The notes under the pieces are model-generated. The model was not told where the DNA came from. It did not search any database and was given only the letters and a program-made list of their open reading frames with translations. A DNA stretch of 64,000 bases from Halodesulfurarchaeum sp. (GTDB lineage: Archaea; Halobacteriota; Halobacteria; Halobacteriales; Halobacteriaceae): assembly GCA_034520565.1 (NCBI GenBank), contig JAXHNL010000002.1:512001-576000 (forward strand). Direction: 5' to 3'. The position numbers were made by a program, and so were the translations under genes. Each line of letters starts with the position of its first letter. Position 1 is the first letter of the stretch. Shown here piece after piece: positions 40,272 through 51,520 of this stretch.

Positions 40272-42005
40272 ATGGACGCCGAACGGGTACGGGCGCGGGC
40301 CGGAGAACTTTCCCGCGAGCCCGGCGTCTACCAGTTTTTCGACGGTGGTCGGGTCCTGTACGTCGGAAAGGCCGTCGACATCCACGATCGCGTGCGAACC
40401 TATGCCGATCCCAGAACCGAGCGAGTTCGGGAGATGGTCGCCCGGGCCGACGCGATCGACGTCGCCGTGACCGACACGGAGACCCAGGCGCTGCTCCTCG
40501 AGGCGAACCTCATCAAGCGCCACCAGCCGCGATACAACGTCCGGCTCAAGGACGACAAGTCCTACCCGCTCGTCCAGCTGACCGATCACGAGTTCCCCCG
40601 GATCGAGATCACCCGAGATCCCGATTCCGGGTCGACGGCCTACGGCCCCTTCACCGACAAGGGACAGCTCGAATCGGTACTCAAGGCCATCCGGGAGACC
40701 ACCGGCCTGCGCGGGTGTTCGGATCACAAGTTCGCGAACCGGGATCGCCCCTGCCTCGATTACGACATGGGCCTCTGTTCGGCCCCCTGTACCGGCGAAA
40801 TCGACGCCCCGAGGTACGCGGAGCAGCTCCAACAGGCGACGGCCTTCTTCGAGGGCGAAACCGGTGCGATCGCCGAACCCCTCACCGCCGAAATGGATCG
40901 GGCCGCCGAGCGCCAGGCCTTCGAGCGGGCCGCCCATCTCCGGGACCGACTCGAGACCGTTCGAGCGTTTCACGGGACCGGCGGGGACGCCGTCGTCGAC
41001 ACCGGCGGCTCGCGGTCCGTCGATGTCCTCGGGGTGGCCGTGGAGGGGACGGCGGCGACGGTCGCCCGGCTTCACAGCGACGGCGGCAAGCTCGTCGACC
41101 GGGAGCAGTACCGGGTAGAAGTGCCCGCGCACGGGGACGGCGTGCCCGGGATTCTGGCGGCCTTCGTTCCACAGTTCTACGCGGAACGAGACCTTCCGGA
41201 CGCCCTGTTGTTGCCCCAGGACCCGGAGTCCACGGAGGTATCCGAATGGCTCGACGCGGCGGGCGTCGAGATGCGCGTTCCCGGTGCCGGGCGGGAGGCG
41301 CGGCTGGTCGATCTCGCGATGAAGAACGCCCACCAGGGGCCAACACGGGAGGACGGGCATCGCGCCCTCGCCGACGCCCTCGACATCCCCGTCCCGTCAC
41401 GAATCGAGGGCTTCGACGTGAGTCACGCGAGTGGCCGAGAGGTCGTCGGCAGCAACGTCGTCTTCCTCGACGGGCGGCCGGAGAAAGCCCACTACCGCCG
41501 GAAGAAACTCGTGGAGGCAAACGACGACTACGCGAACATGCACGCGTTGCTGACCTGGCGGGCGACCCGAGCCATCGAGGGGCGAGACGAGCGACCCGAC
41601 CCCGACCTCGTGCTGATCGACGGCGGCACGGGGCAGCTCGAGGCCGCCCAGGAGGCGATCGACACCGTCGGGTGGGACGTGCCGGTCGTTGCGCTCGCGA
41701 AGCGGGAGGAGGTCGTGCACACGCCGACCCGGCAGTTCGACTGGGACCACGACGCCCCGCAACTGCACCTCCTCCAGCGGGTCCGTGATGAAGCGCATCG
41801 GTTTGCCGTCCAGTACCACCAGACGCTGCGGGACGACGTCTCGACGGTTCTGGAATCCGTCGAGGGGATCGGTCCGGAGCGCCGGCGGCGGCTGCTCAGG
41901 CGCTTCGGAAGCGTCGTGGGGGTCCGAGAGGCGACCGCCGCGGAACTGCAGGACGTACCGGGGATCGGTGCGGAGACGGCCCGGGCCCTCGAGCGGCGGT
42001 TGTAA
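40272..42005 (+). CDS. uvrC: Excinuclease ABC subunit C
   Basis: PGVY...[50 protein letters not shown]. Confidence 0.96.
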   Translation: MDAERVRARAGELSREPGVYQFFDGGRVLYVGKAVDIHDRVRTYADPRTERVREMVARADAIDVAVTDTETQALLLEANLIKRHQPRYNVRLKDDKSYPLVQLTDHEFPRIEITRDPDSGSTAYGPFTDKGQLESVLKAIRETTGLRGCSDHKFANRDRPCLDYDMGLCSAPCTGEIDAPRYAEQLQQATAFFEGETGAIAEPLTAEMDRAAERQAFERAAHLRDRLETVRAFHGTGGDAVVDTGGSRSVDVLGVAVEGTAATVARLHSDGGKLVDREQYRVEVPAHGDGVPGILAAFVPQFYAERDLPDALLLPQDPESTEVSEWLDAAGVEMRVPGAGREARLVDLAMKNAHQGPTREDGHRALADALDIPVPSRIEGFDVSHASGREVVGSNVVFLDGRPEKAHYRRKKLVEANDDYANMHALLTWRATRAIEGRDERPDPDLVLIDGGTGQLEAAQEAIDTVGWDVPVVALAKREEVVHTPTRQFDWDHDAPQLHLLQRVRDEAHRFAVQYHQTLRDDVSTVLESVEGIGPERRRRLLRRFGSVVGVREATAAELQDVPGIGAETARALERRL

Positions 42006-42031
42006 TCAGGTTAAGGGAAGGGCCGATGAAG

Positions 42032-42343
42032 TCACTCCGGCGCCGCCTCGAGGGCGACCTCGTGGATTTCGAGGGTTGGATGCCCCTCGAACATCTCGCG
42101 AGGGGCGTCGCCCCCGTGGGCGTCGGCGAACGCGTCGCTGTCGGTCCAGGCCTCAAAGGCCGCCCGGGATTCCCAGACGGTCATCGCGACGAAGGTGTGC
42201 GTGTCCTCCCCGGCCGGCCGGAGCAATTTGAAGTCCCGGAACCCGTCACGCTCTTCGATCGTTCCCTCGCGATTCGAGAACCGCTCGACGAACGCGTCCT
42301 CGTACCCCTCGGCGATTTCAAAGCGGTTTTGTACGACGATCAT
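42032..42343 (-). CDS. Antibiotic-biosynthesis monooxygenase / IsdG-like heme-degrading protein
   Basis: VVQNRF...FVERF...GF...WESRAAFEAWTDSDAFADAH. Confidence 0.85.
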   Translation of the reverse strand: MIVVQNRFEIAEGYEDAFVERFSNREGTIEERDGFRDFKLLRPAGEDTHTFVAMTVWESRAAFEAWTDSDAFADAHGGDAPREMFEGHPTLEIHEVALEAAPE

Positions 42344-42408
42344 ACCCGACCAACGGTCAACGGGAGCCTAACAGTTGGGGTCGGGGAACCGGGTCCGGCC
42401 GGCCCGTC

Positions 42409-44469
42409 TCACTCGACCGGCACGCCGCCGTCCTCGGGGGCCGGCTCGACCCCCGAATCGAGGTCGAACTCCCGCTCGAGCGTGCGGATGCGGTCCCGGA
42501 TGTCCGCCGCGAGTTCGAACTCCAGGTCCTGGGCGGCCGATTCCATCCGCGCCTCGAGGTCCTCGATCAGCACGGTGGCCTCCGACTCGTCGCTGGGCTC
42601 CAGCCCGCTGATGGAGGCGGGTTCCTCGCCGGAGCCGGGGAGGTCGATCTCGCCCACCGCCTTTTCGATCGTGCTCGGCTCGACGTCGTGGGTTTCGTTG
42701 AACGCCCGCTGGATCTCCCGGCGGCGACGGGTCTCGTCGATCGCGTCCTGCATCGCGTCGGTTTCCTCGTCGGCGTAGAGGACGACCTCCCCGCCGAGGT
42801 TCCGGGCGGCCCGGCCCATCGTCTGGATGAGCGAGGTCCGTGAGCGGAGGAAGCCCTGCCGGTCGGCGTCGAGGATGGCCACGAGGGACACTTCGGGGAT
42901 GTCCAGCCCTTCGCGGAGAAGGTTGATCCCGACGAGGACGTCGAACTCGCCCAATCGAAGGCCCCGGACGAGTTCGTGGCGCTCGAGGGTGTCGGTCTCG
43001 TCGTGCATGTACTCGATCCGTACCCCGGCTTCCTCGAGGTACTCGGTGAGGTCCTCGGCCATCCGCTTGGTGAGCGTCGTCACGAGCACCCGCTCCTCGC
43101 GGTCGACCCGGTCGTCGATCCGGGCCAGCAGGTCGTCGATCTGGTTCTCGGCGGGAGCGACCTCGACGGCGGGGTCGAGGAGGTAGGTCGGCCGGACGAT
43201 CTGTTCGACCACCTGGCCGGAATGCTCGCGCTCGTACTCGCTCGGCGTCGCGCTGACGTAGAGGGTGCGATCGGTCCGGGTCTCGAATTCCTCGAACGTG
43301 AGGGGGCGATTGTCGAAGGCGGTTGGCAGCCGGAAGCCGTTTTCGACGAGGGACTCCTTGCGGGATCGGTCGCCCTCGTGCTGGCCCCGGATCTGGGGGA
43401 CCGTGCGGTGTGACTCGTCGATGACGGTGAGAAAGTCATCGGGGAAGTAATCGAGCAGGGTGTACGGTGCCTCGCCCCGCTCGCGATCCGACAGGTAGAG
43501 TGCGTAGTTCTCGATGCCCGAGCAGTAGCCCGTTTCCTCGAGCATCTCGAGGTCGAAGGTGGTTCGCTCCTCGATGCGCTGGGCGGCGACCAGATCGCCC
43601 TGCCGCTCGAAGTACCGGACCCGCTCCTTCATGTCGGCCTCGATCTGCTCGATGGCCTGTTCGAGCCGGTCTTCGGGGAGCGAGTAGTGCTCGGCCGGGT
43701 GGATCAGGGTGGCCGGTTCCTCGGAGACGACGCTGTTCTCCAGCGGATCGAGCTTCGAGAGCCGGTCGATCTCGTCGCCCCAGAACTCGACCCGGACCGC
43801 GTAGCGGCCGTACATCGGGAAGATCTCGACGGTGTCCCCCCGAACGCGGAACGTGCCCTGGGTGAAGTCGACGTCGTTTCGCTCGTAGTTGAGGTCGACG
43901 AGCGAGGCCAGGAGCTCCTCGCGGTCGATGCGGTCGCCCCGTTCGAGCCGCAGGGCCATCTCCTCGTAGTTCGTCGGGTCGCCCAGCCCGTAGATAGCCG
44001 AGACGGAGGCGACGACGATCACGTCATCGCGCGTGAGCAGCGAGCGGGTCGCGGAGTGGCGCAACCGATCGATCTCCTCGTTGATCGAGGCGTCCTTGTC
44101 GATGTAGGTGTCACTCTGCTCGACGTAGGCCTCGGGCTGGTAGTAGTCGTAGTAGGAGACGAAGTACTCGACGGCGTTCTCGGGGAAGAGCTGGGTGAAC
44201 TCCTCGTAGAGCTGGGCCGCGAGCGTCTTGTTGTGGGCGATGACCAGCGTCGGGACGTCCAGCTCCTCGACCGTCCAGGAGACGGTGTTGGTCTTCCCGG
44301 AGCCGGTGACCCCGAGGAGGGTTTGTGCGCCCATCCCCGACCGGAAGCCCTCGACGAGCGCCTCGATGGCCTCGGGTTGGTCGCCGGCCGGGTCGAAGGG
44401 CGCCTCGACCCGAAAGGCCCGGTCGGCGTCGGGTCGGTCCGGGGAGAGTGGCCCTGCCGAATCGCTCAT
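42409..44469 (-). CDS. uvrB: Excinuclease ABC subunit B
   Basis: [49 protein letters not shown]. Confidence 0.97.
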   Translation of the reverse strand: MSDSAGPLSPDRPDADRAFRVEAPFDPAGDQPEAIEALVEGFRSGMGAQTLLGVTGSGKTNTVSWTVEELDVPTLVIAHNKTLAAQLYEEFTQLFPENAVEYFVSYYDYYQPEAYVEQSDTYIDKDASINEEIDRLRHSATRSLLTRDDVIVVASVSAIYGLGDPTNYEEMALRLERGDRIDREELLASLVDLNYERNDVDFTQGTFRVRGDTVEIFPMYGRYAVRVEFWGDEIDRLSKLDPLENSVVSEEPATLIHPAEHYSLPEDRLEQAIEQIEADMKERVRYFERQGDLVAAQRIEERTTFDLEMLEETGYCSGIENYALYLSDRERGEAPYTLLDYFPDDFLTVIDESHRTVPQIRGQHEGDRSRKESLVENGFRLPTAFDNRPLTFEEFETRTDRTLYVSATPSEYEREHSGQVVEQIVRPTYLLDPAVEVAPAENQIDDLLARIDDRVDREERVLVTTLTKRMAEDLTEYLEEAGVRIEYMHDETDTLERHELVRGLRLGEFDVLVGINLLREGLDIPEVSLVAILDADRQGFLRSRTSLIQTMGRAARNLGGEVVLYADEETDAMQDAIDETRRRREIQRAFNETHDVEPSTIEKAVGEIDLPGSGEEPASISGLEPSDESEATVLIEDLEARMESAAQDLEFELAADIRDRIRTLEREFDLDSGVEPAPEDGGVPVE

Positions 44470-44575
44470 TACCCGAGTATAGGCGTCGAGCAACTTACGT
44501 TCGGTCCATGCAGTAGGTGAGACTGGCTCGATCCAGCTCAGCGGAACCTCCGTCTATCCGGTGACGACCGTCCAT

Positions 44576-44618
44576 GGCGAACAGGTGACACCGTCAAACC
44601 GCGGCCACGGCGTGTCAC
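44576..44618. repeat. Dispersed hairpin repeat, copy 2
   Basis: GGCGAACAGGTGACAC-N20-GTGTCAC; matches 434-475. Confidence 0.6.
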
Positions 44619-44830
44619 ACCGCCGGAAACTCGGCGGTCGGGGTCCGCTCTCGGGAGCCCGAGACCGGTGGATTGCCCCGCCATTTTCGAATCGTGGCCG
44701 AGCAGTTCGTCACATGGGCCGAGGTGGTCCGGTGTTCGGGGATAAACGTTCGGCCGAGTGAGGTCGACGGGGCGGTGCCCGAAGACCGCCAACGTGGGGC
44801 TTTTGTACCACTGGGTAAAACAACTCGGTA

Positions 44831-45946
44831 ATGAAGCGACGAACTTTCATCAAAAGTACGGGGGCAGCAGGCGTGGCTGCTTTCGCCGGCTGTGCCGGCC
44901 CCGAAGGCGGTTCGGACGGCGGTGGCAACGGGACCACGACGGGCACAAGTGGTGGGACCGACGATCTGAGCGGCACGCTTCGGGTCGCGACCTACGAACC
45001 GTTCATCGACGCCCCGAGCGTGAGCCCGGGGGAGTGGGTCAAGAACAATTTCGAATCGGCGTATCCCGAGGCCACGATCGAGTGGCTGACCCCCGATTCG
45101 GGGCTCAATCACTTCATCCAGCAGGCCCAGTACGACGACCGCGTCGAGGCGGACGTGTACGTCGGGCTCAACGCCGACGACCTCGTCCGCGTGGACGACA
45201 AACTGGGCGAAACGGCGCTTTTCGATCCCATTCCAGGGGGCGAGCTTTCGAACGGCGACAGCGTCATCGATGACCTCCGGTTCGATCCCGCCGGTCGAGC
45301 TGTCCCCTACGACACCGGCTACATCAGCCTCGTCTACGACGAAAGCGAGATCGACGAACCCCGGACCTTCGAGGACCTGACCGACCCCGCCTTCGAGGAT
45401 GCCCTCCTCCTGCAGAACGCCCAGACCAGCGATCCGGGGCGAGCGTTCCTGCTCTGGACGATCGCGAACCGGGGCGAACAGGACTACCTCGACTACTGGC
45501 AGGCCCTCGTGGATAATGGGGCCCGGGTCCTCGGTGACTGGAACGCGGCCTACACGGCCTACTCCAACGAGGAGCGGCCCGCCGTGGTGTCCTACTCGAC
45601 CGATCAGGTGTACGCCAACCGCTATGACGAGGACATGACCCGCCACCAGATCGCCTTCCTCGACGACCAGGGCTATGCGGTTCCCGAGGGGATGGCCCGC
45701 TTTGCCGACGCCGCAAAACCCGAGTTGGCCACCGCCTTTCTCGACTTCATGCTAGAGGGCGAGACCCAATCCGAGATCGCCGTTCGGAACGTCGGGTTCC
45801 CGGCAACGACGACCGCGAATCCGCCCGCTGATTTCGCCGAATTCGCTCACCGGCCGCCGGAAACGGTGACCCACACCTACGAGGAACTCGCCGGGTCGAT
45901 GGATGGCTGGGTCTCGGCGTGGGCCGAACAGATCGCGGGCGGGTGA
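44831..45946 (+). CDS. thiB: Thiamine ABC transporter substrate-binding lipoprotein (Tat)
   Basis: RRTFIK Tat signal, FAGC lipobox, VATYEPF, PYDTGY, TSDPGRAFL, VVSYSTD. Confidence 0.88.
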   Translation: MKRRTFIKSTGAAGVAAFAGCAGPEGGSDGGGNGTTTGTSGGTDDLSGTLRVATYEPFIDAPSVSPGEWVKNNFESAYPEATIEWLTPDSGLNHFIQQAQYDDRVEADVYVGLNADDLVRVDDKLGETALFDPIPGGELSNGDSVIDDLRFDPAGRAVPYDTGYISLVYDESEIDEPRTFEDLTDPAFEDALLLQNAQTSDPGRAFLLWTIANRGEQDYLDYWQALVDNGARVLGDWNAAYTAYSNEERPAVVSYSTDQVYANRYDEDMTRHQIAFLDDQGYAVPEGMARFADAAKPELATAFLDFMLEGETQSEIAVRNVGFPATTTANPPADFAEFAHRPPETVTHTYEELAGSMDGWVSAWAEQIAGG

Positions 45947-45949
45947 CCG

Positions 45950-47746
45950 ATGGCGGCAGTGCGAGAGCAGCGCCCGGTCGAACGCCTGCAGACCTGGGCC
46001 GCGGAGCACGCCCTCCCGATGACGGCTGCTTTGACGGCAGTCGTGCTCGTGGTCATGTTTTACTACCCGGTCGGCACGGTGCTCGCGAGGGGGCTCGGCG
46101 GGACCGTCGACGGGACGAGTTCCGTGCTCGCCGTGCTCGGTTCCGAGTTCTACCTCGGCGCGGCACGCGGCCTGGTGACTGACCCCCTCGGCGTTCCGGG
46201 CGGGATCCTCGGCTGGCTCCGGGCCGGCGTTCCGGCCGTCGAGTTCGGGTTGATCGGCTTTACGGTCTACCAGGCCCTCCTTTCGACGGTCGCGAGCCTT
46301 GCACTCGGGCTTCCCGGTGCCTATCTCCTCTCGCAGTACGAGTTCCCCGGACGGGAGACGATCCGGTCGCTCACGATGCTCCCCTTCGTCCTCCCGTCGA
46401 TTATGGTGGCGATCGGGTTCGTCGCGATGTTCGGGGACCAGGGCGTGCTGAACGACGCCCTGGGAATCGTGGGGCTCGGGCCGGTCTCACCGATGTACAC
46501 CCTCCAGCTCATCGTCGTTGCCCACGCCTTCTACAACGCACCGCTGATCACCAGGATCGTGTCCGCTGCGTGGGAGGGACTCGACCGGTCGATGCTCGAA
46601 ACCGCTCGCGGGCTTGGTGCTGGCCCGATCCGCTCCTTTTACGATGTGGCCCTCCCCCAACTGCTCCCCGCGATCTTGACCGGGGCGCTTCTCACCTTCC
46701 TCTTCACGTTCATGTCCTTCCCCATCGTGTTGGCGCTTGGCGGCCTCCAGCTCGCGACGGTGGAGGTGTGGCTGTACGCCCACGTCCAGCAGCTCGAACT
46801 CGCCCAGGCCGCCGGGCTGGCCGTCGTCGAGACGGCGATCACGCTCTCGTTGACCTACGCGTACCTCCGCTACGAGAGCGGACAGGGCGGGCTCTCCGGG
46901 CTCGGCCGGGGCCCTGACCGCGAACCGCTCTTCGGCTCGCTTCGAGATCCACGTCGGATCGGGCTTTTTGCCTACGGCCTCGTCGTGCTAGTCGTCTTTC
47001 TCGGACCGATCCTGAGCATGGTGATCGAGAGCCTGACCGGGCCGGACGGGGTGACACTCCAGCACTACGCCTTCCTCCTCGAGCGCCAGCTCGCCGGCGC
47101 CCCGTTCCAGGTCAAGCCGCTCCCGGCCATTCTCAACTCCCTCGCGTTCGGAGCTGCGACGTTGCTGATCGCCCTGCCGATGGGCGTGACGGTGGCCGTC
47201 CTGGAGGGAAAGCGGTTCGTCGGCAGCCGGGTGCTCGACGCGGTGCTCATGGCCCCGCTCGCGGTGAGCGGAATCGTACTCGGCCTGGGACTCCTGCAGG
47301 GTCTCGTGTTCGGGACCGAGATTTTCGGCCACCGGGTGACTGTGACCGGACCGGTGGCGATCGTCGCGGCCCACGCCGTGGCCGCCTACCCGTTCGTGGC
47401 CCGAACGGTATCGCCGCTTCTCGATCGCGTCGACCGGGGGCTCGTGGAGTCCGCCAGGGTTCTCGGGGCGACCCGAGCGCGCGTCCGGATGGATATCGAG
47501 GTGCCGCTGATCGTGCCCGGAATCGTCGCCGGGGCGGCGCTCGCTTTTGCCATCAGTATCGGGGAGTTCGATTCGACGGTCATCCTCGCGGAGGGCAGTG
47601 CCAGCTACACCATGCCGGTCGCCGTCGAGCGGTACTTGGGAAGCCGAACTCTCGGTCCGGCCACGGCCATGGGAACGGTCCTGCTGGCGGTCACGGCGGG
47701 AAGCTTCGTCGTCATCGATCGCGTCGGCGGGTGGTGGCACCCATGA
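45950..47746 (+). CDS. thiP: Thiamine ABC transporter permease
   Basis: QALLST, LPFVLPS, AHAFYNAP, two EAA loops. Confidence 0.85.
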   Translation: MAAVREQRPVERLQTWAAEHALPMTAALTAVVLVVMFYYPVGTVLARGLGGTVDGTSSVLAVLGSEFYLGAARGLVTDPLGVPGGILGWLRAGVPAVEFGLIGFTVYQALLSTVASLALGLPGAYLLSQYEFPGRETIRSLTMLPFVLPSIMVAIGFVAMFGDQGVLNDALGIVGLGPVSPMYTLQLIVVAHAFYNAPLITRIVSAAWEGLDRSMLETARGLGAGPIRSFYDVALPQLLPAILTGALLTFLFTFMSFPIVLALGGLQLATVEVWLYAHVQQLELAQAAGLAVVETAITLSLTYAYLRYESGQGGLSGLGRGPDREPLFGSLRDPRRIGLFAYGLVVLVVFLGPILSMVIESLTGPDGVTLQHYAFLLERQLAGAPFQVKPLPAILNSLAFGAATLLIALPMGVTVAVLEGKRFVGSRVLDAVLMAPLAVSGIVLGLGLLQGLVFGTEIFGHRVTVTGPVAIVAAHAVAAYPFVARTVSPLLDRVDRGLVESARVLGATRARVRMDIEVPLIVPGIVAGAALAFAISIGEFDSTVILAEGSASYTMPVAVERYLGSRTLGPATAMGTVLLAVTAGSFVVIDRVGGWWHP

Positions 47747-48768
47747 CGGGACTCGAGTTGCAGGACGTCTCGAAGGCGTTCGGGAACGAACCCGCCCTCG
47801 ATTCGGTGTCCCTGACCGTCCAGGACGGGGAGTTCTTCACGCTCGTGGGGCCGTCCGGGTGCGGGAAAACGACGTCGCTCCGGATCATCGCGGGGCTGAC
47901 CGAGCCCTCCGCGGGGACGGTCCGTATCGGCGGGAAGTCGATGGCCGGCGTCCCGCCCGAGGACCGGAACGTGGGAATCGTGTTCCAGAATTACGCCCTG
48001 TTCCCCCACATGACCGTCGCGGAGAATATCGCCTACGGCCTGCAGTTTCACGACCCGCCGCGAGGGGTGTCGAGAAACGCACGGGTCGAGGAGCTCCTCG
48101 AACTGGTCGACCTCTCGGGACTCGAGAAACGGGAGCCAGACACCCTGTCAGGGGGGCAACAGCAGCGGGTTGCACTCGCCAGGGCGCTCGCACCGGTACC
48201 GGATCTGCTCCTCCTCGACGAACCGATGAGCGCGCTCGACGCCCGGCTCCGGGACCGGCTCCGCCGGACCGTTCGGGAGATCCAGTCGGAACTGGGGATC
48301 ACGACGATTTACGTGACACACGATCAGGCCGAGGCGCTGGCCGCGAGTGACCGAATCGCCGTATTGCACGACGGACGCGTGGAGCAGGTGGGCCGCCCGG
48401 AAGCGGTGTACCGGAGCCCCGCAAACCGCTTCGTGGCGTCCTTCGTCGGTGACAACAACCTTTTCGAGGTCCGCTCCGTCGACGGCCGGGTCGCAACTGT
48501 CGACGGCGGTGCTGAAATCATCGTGGCCGAGCCGGTTTCAGCAGGAGACACGCTCGCCGTTCGACCCGAGGCCATCCACCTCGGGCCGGGCGAGACGACC
48601 CTCGAGCCGACCCTGGAGAGTTCGGAGTTTCGGGGGAACGGTTACACCCTCAACTGTCGGCTCGGCGGTCGAGACCTCCTCGTCGAAACGGACGAGCCAC
48701 CCGAGGAGCCGTTAAAAGTCGGCTTCCCGGCTTCGGCCGTGCAGGTGTTGCCGGGCGAATTTGCCTAG
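47743..48768 (+). CDS. thiQ: ABC transporter ATP-binding subunit
   Basis: GPSGCGKT, LSGGQQQR, LLLDEP, TOBE-like C-terminus. Confidence 0.85.
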   Translation: MTGLELQDVSKAFGNEPALDSVSLTVQDGEFFTLVGPSGCGKTTSLRIIAGLTEPSAGTVRIGGKSMAGVPPEDRNVGIVFQNYALFPHMTVAENIAYGLQFHDPPRGVSRNARVEELLELVDLSGLEKREPDTLSGGQQQRVALARALAPVPDLLLLDEPMSALDARLRDRLRRTVREIQSELGITTIYVTHDQAEALAASDRIAVLHDGRVEQVGRPEAVYRSPANRFVASFVGDNNLFEVRSVDGRVATVDGGAEIIVAEPVSAGDTLAVRPEAIHLGPGETTLEPTLESSEFRGNGYTLNCRLGGRDLLVETDEPPEEPLKVGFPASAVQVLPGEFA

Positions 48769-48790
48769 CGAGGGCGAAGAATTCGCCCGG

Positions 48791-49468
48791 TCACGGAACG
48801 ACGCCGACCGTGAGTAGCGTGCCGTAGGTTCGATACCGCTCGACCATCGCCTCGCGAGTGTCGAAGGATTCGGTAGGGAATTCGCCTGCAGGCGGGATCT
48901 CGACCTCGCGGTCGGGAACGTTGTCCTGGGCGGCGACGTGAAACCCGGCCGCCCGGAACGCCTCGCGGTACTCCTCGCGGCTCCACCGGGTCATCGGAAC
49001 CTCGATGAAGGTCTCCCACTCATGAGAGTAGACGTTCTCTTCGTAGTAATCGACCGCACAGTAGAAGGTGCCACCCGGCCGAAGGACTCGCGTGAGTTCC
49101 GAAAGCACCGCTCCGACGTCTTCTGCGTAGTAGATCGCCTCCATCGAGAAGGCGTGGTCGATGGCGTTCGACTCGAACGGAAGGGTCTCGAAATCGCCTC
49201 GCAGATAGCCGATACGTGCGTCATCGGTGTAGCCGTCGGCGTTTGCAACCATCTCCGGGGACGCGTCGATCCCGTACCCACGCCCGAGCCCTCGCTCGCG
49301 AAGGGCCCGGAGGGCGTACCCGCTTCCGGTTCCCAGATCGAGCACGCTGTCGCCGGATTCGATCGGCATCCGGGCCAGTGCCTCCTTTGCGGTATGCCAG
49401 TGCCGTTCCTCCATGCCCCGGTCCCGACCGTCGGCCGCCCAGGCGTCGAACTCCTCGCGAACGCTCAT
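48791..49468 (-). CDS. Class I SAM-dependent methyltransferase
   Basis: VLDLGTGSG, GDFETLPF, RVLRPGG. Confidence 0.9.
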   Translation of the reverse strand: MSVREEFDAWAADGRDRGMEERHWHTAKEALARMPIESGDSVLDLGTGSGYALRALRERGLGRGYGIDASPEMVANADGYTDDARIGYLRGDFETLPFESNAIDHAFSMEAIYYAEDVGAVLSELTRVLRPGGTFYCAVDYYEENVYSHEWETFIEVPMTRWSREEYREAFRAAGFHVAAQDNVPDREVEIPPAGEFPTESFDTREAMVERYRTYGTLLTVGVVP

Positions 49469-49565
49469 GTGGCCCCCCGGATTGTCATGATTCGACGGAA
49501 TCGGCCCAGCGGGAAAATCGCTCCGGCCCAGGCGCGTGGACGATCGGACCACTCGGGCTGTTCGG

Positions 49566-50150
49566 TCAGTCCCGTTCGTCTTCGTCGGCGTCCTCCAGGT
49601 TCTGGTCGAGCGGGAAGGACAGCTCCGAGTCGGTCGAACCGCCGTCTGCCGGCGCGACTCCCGACTGGGCACGCCGCAGAGATCGGTCCGAGGCCTGCCA
49701 ACTGACGTCGGCCCCGCGTTGCCGTCGCGCGGGATCACTGGCGGATACTCCGTTGATCAGCCCCGCAAACGACAGCACCGTCCCGATCACGTAGCCCCCG
49801 GCGAGCAGGAGTGGGAGTTGACGTCCGGCTGTGAGCCCCGCAAAACCGACTAGCCCCAAGACAGTGGCACTGGCCACTCCCAGCGTGGCGCCAGCGCCGG
49901 CGACACGTCGGGGATTTACGTCGGCCGTCACCGACGTCGTCGCGAAAAACAGCACGACCGGTGGCGCGAGTGCTACGATAGTAAACGCGGCAGTCCGAGC
50001 CGTCCCCGTGGGCGCCCCAGCGCTTCGAAACAGCCCGGTCAACACGCCTGCGCCACCAACAGTTAGCACGATCAGGCCCGCGAGGAGGAGGGCGACTCCG
50101 CTCCCGGCACGGAGCAGCCACCACCGATCTCGGTATTCGCGTGTCGGCAT
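49566..50150 (-). CDS. Hypothetical 4-TM membrane protein
   Basis: Hydrophobic helices; C-terminal ADGG motif common in haloarchaeal proteins. Confidence 0.65.
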   Translation of the reverse strand: MPTREYRDRWWLLRAGSGVALLLAGLIVLTVGGAGVLTGLFRSAGAPTGTARTAAFTIVALAPPVVLFFATTSVTADVNPRRVAGAGATLGVASATVLGLVGFAGLTAGRQLPLLLAGGYVIGTVLSFAGLINGVSASDPARRQRGADVSWQASDRSLRRAQSGVAPADGGSTDSELSFPLDQNLEDADEDERD

Positions 50151-50247
50151 CCGAATTCGGCTACCACGAGCAGCGACAAATAACCCGGTGTCGGCGTCGT
50201 CGCTCCGTCTGACGCGGTTTTAATTGTGCGCCCCACCGACTGGGAGC

Positions 50248-50535
50248 ATGGTCACGTCAGTTCGTCTCTCCGCCCGGGCCGGCGCAGTCGGGGCCTGGGC
50301 GGTCCTCCTCGGCGGCGTGCTCGTCTACGGGATCGACCGGCTCCTCGGCCTGCTCGGGAGCGAAGGGGCCAAATCGGGGTCCCTCGCCGCCGCGGGCCTC
50401 CCGGTCGTCGCGCTGGCCGAAACGGCCCTCATCAACGTGTACAACGGTAGTGCCGCGAGTGTCTTCGTGGGCCTGTTACTCGTGCTCGGCGGCTGGTATC
50501 AGTTGCTGCGTCTCTCCACCCACAAACCGGTCTGA
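50248..50535 (+). CDS. Hypothetical small membrane protein
   Basis: 95 aa, hydrophobic; TTTAAT box upstream. Confidence 0.5.
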   Translation: MVTSVRLSARAGAVGAWAVLLGGVLVYGIDRLLGLLGSEGAKSGSLAAAGLPVVALAETALINVYNGSAASVFVGLLLVLGGWYQLLRLSTHKPV

Positions 50536-50603
50536 ATGCGTCTCTCCGCCCACAAACTGGCTTGCTGAATACGTCTCTCCGCCCACAAACCGGCCTGTTG
50601 AAT
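50507..50603. repeat. Three imperfect tandem units of 30-33 bp (core CGTCTCTCCRCCCACAAACYGG)
   Basis: Cores at 50509, 50539 and 50572, each followed by ...TGAAT. Confidence 0.85.
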
Positions 50604-50750
50604 CCGCCGATCGTCGATCGACCGTCGCCCGGACACTCGACTGTCAGACCACTGCTCGTCGATTCCTCTTGCAGACGTGCGCCGCTTACGGTTTCCAAAT
50701 CAGCTGCCGAGGGGGGCCAGCAAAGCGTTCTGCCCGAGAAACGAAGGGGT

Positions 50751-51518
50751 TTAGGGCCGTTCGTCGCCCTCGCGCCAGCTGTCCGGGACCTCGATCTTGT
50801 ACTTGCCGTCCTCCCGGAGGGCGATGATGTGTTCCTCCCGATCGTAGAGTTCCATCAGGTTGAGTTCGTACTGCCCCGGTTCGACGATCCGAATGCTCTC
50901 GAACTGGTCGTTGAGTTCCGCCCGAAGGGTTTCGAGGTCGGTCGTCGCGGCCTCGTTCGGCTCGTCGACGACCCGAGCGTCTTCGCGGGGCGGGTGCGCC
51001 GATTCGGGTTGTGGAGTTTCGGAAGCGCCGGTGTCAGCCGCCGAATCGGTCGGCGTCTGTTTCGTGTCGTCGCCGGTCGTCTCCGAGGGCGTCGTTTCGG
51101 ATGCAGCCCCCGAGGAGAGATCGGACATATCGGCGACCTCGCCGCGGGCAGCGGACTGGGCGCGGTCTTCGAGTGACCGTTCGCCCTCGTCGGACGAGCT
51201 CGACGTCTCTGCGCCCGTATCGGGGACGTCATCGACCGGTGCACTCTCTCCAGGAACTTTTCCGTTGGCCGATTCGTCATCCCGTCGGGCACTAACGTAC
51301 TCCTTCACGGTCGAGGCCGCCCGGCCGACCTTGCCGGTGACCGAATCCTCCGCGATTGGTGGGTCGGGTGGCTCGTTCGATTCGGGCTCGTACTGCTCGG
51401 GGTCGGCCCCCTTCGGAATGTACTGGAAGGTGTTGCCGCCGCAGTGAGGACAACCCGAGAGCATCTCCTTGGAACCGTCGGGGAACACCGAGGTGCAGTT
51501 CGTACACTGGTGGGGCAT
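50751..51518 (-). CDS. oapC: Origin-associated Zn-ribbon protein OapC (DUF2072)
   Basis: MPHQCTNC...MLSGCPHCGGNTFQY; FESIRIVEPGQYELNL. Confidence 0.88.
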   Translation of the reverse strand: MPHQCTNCTSVFPDGSKEMLSGCPHCGGNTFQYIPKGADPEQYEPESNEPPDPPIAEDSVTGKVGRAASTVKEYVSARRDDESANGKVPGESAPVDDVPDTGAETSSSSDEGERSLEDRAQSAARGEVADMSDLSSGAASETTPSETTGDDTKQTPTDSAADTGASETPQPESAHPPREDARVVDEPNEAATTDLETLRAELNDQFESIRIVEPGQYELNLMELYDREEHIIALREDGKYKIEVPDSWREGDERP

Positions 51519-51520
51519 CG

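Noticed and set aside
44520-44830. TPP riboswitch upstream of thiB
   Set aside because: No CTGAGA or other conserved aptamer motifs found; the promoter appears to sit directly before the ATG.
50507-50603. Possible mini-CRISPR array
   Set aside because: Only 8-11 nt between the 22-bp cores, the 'spacers' resemble each other, and no cas genes are present.
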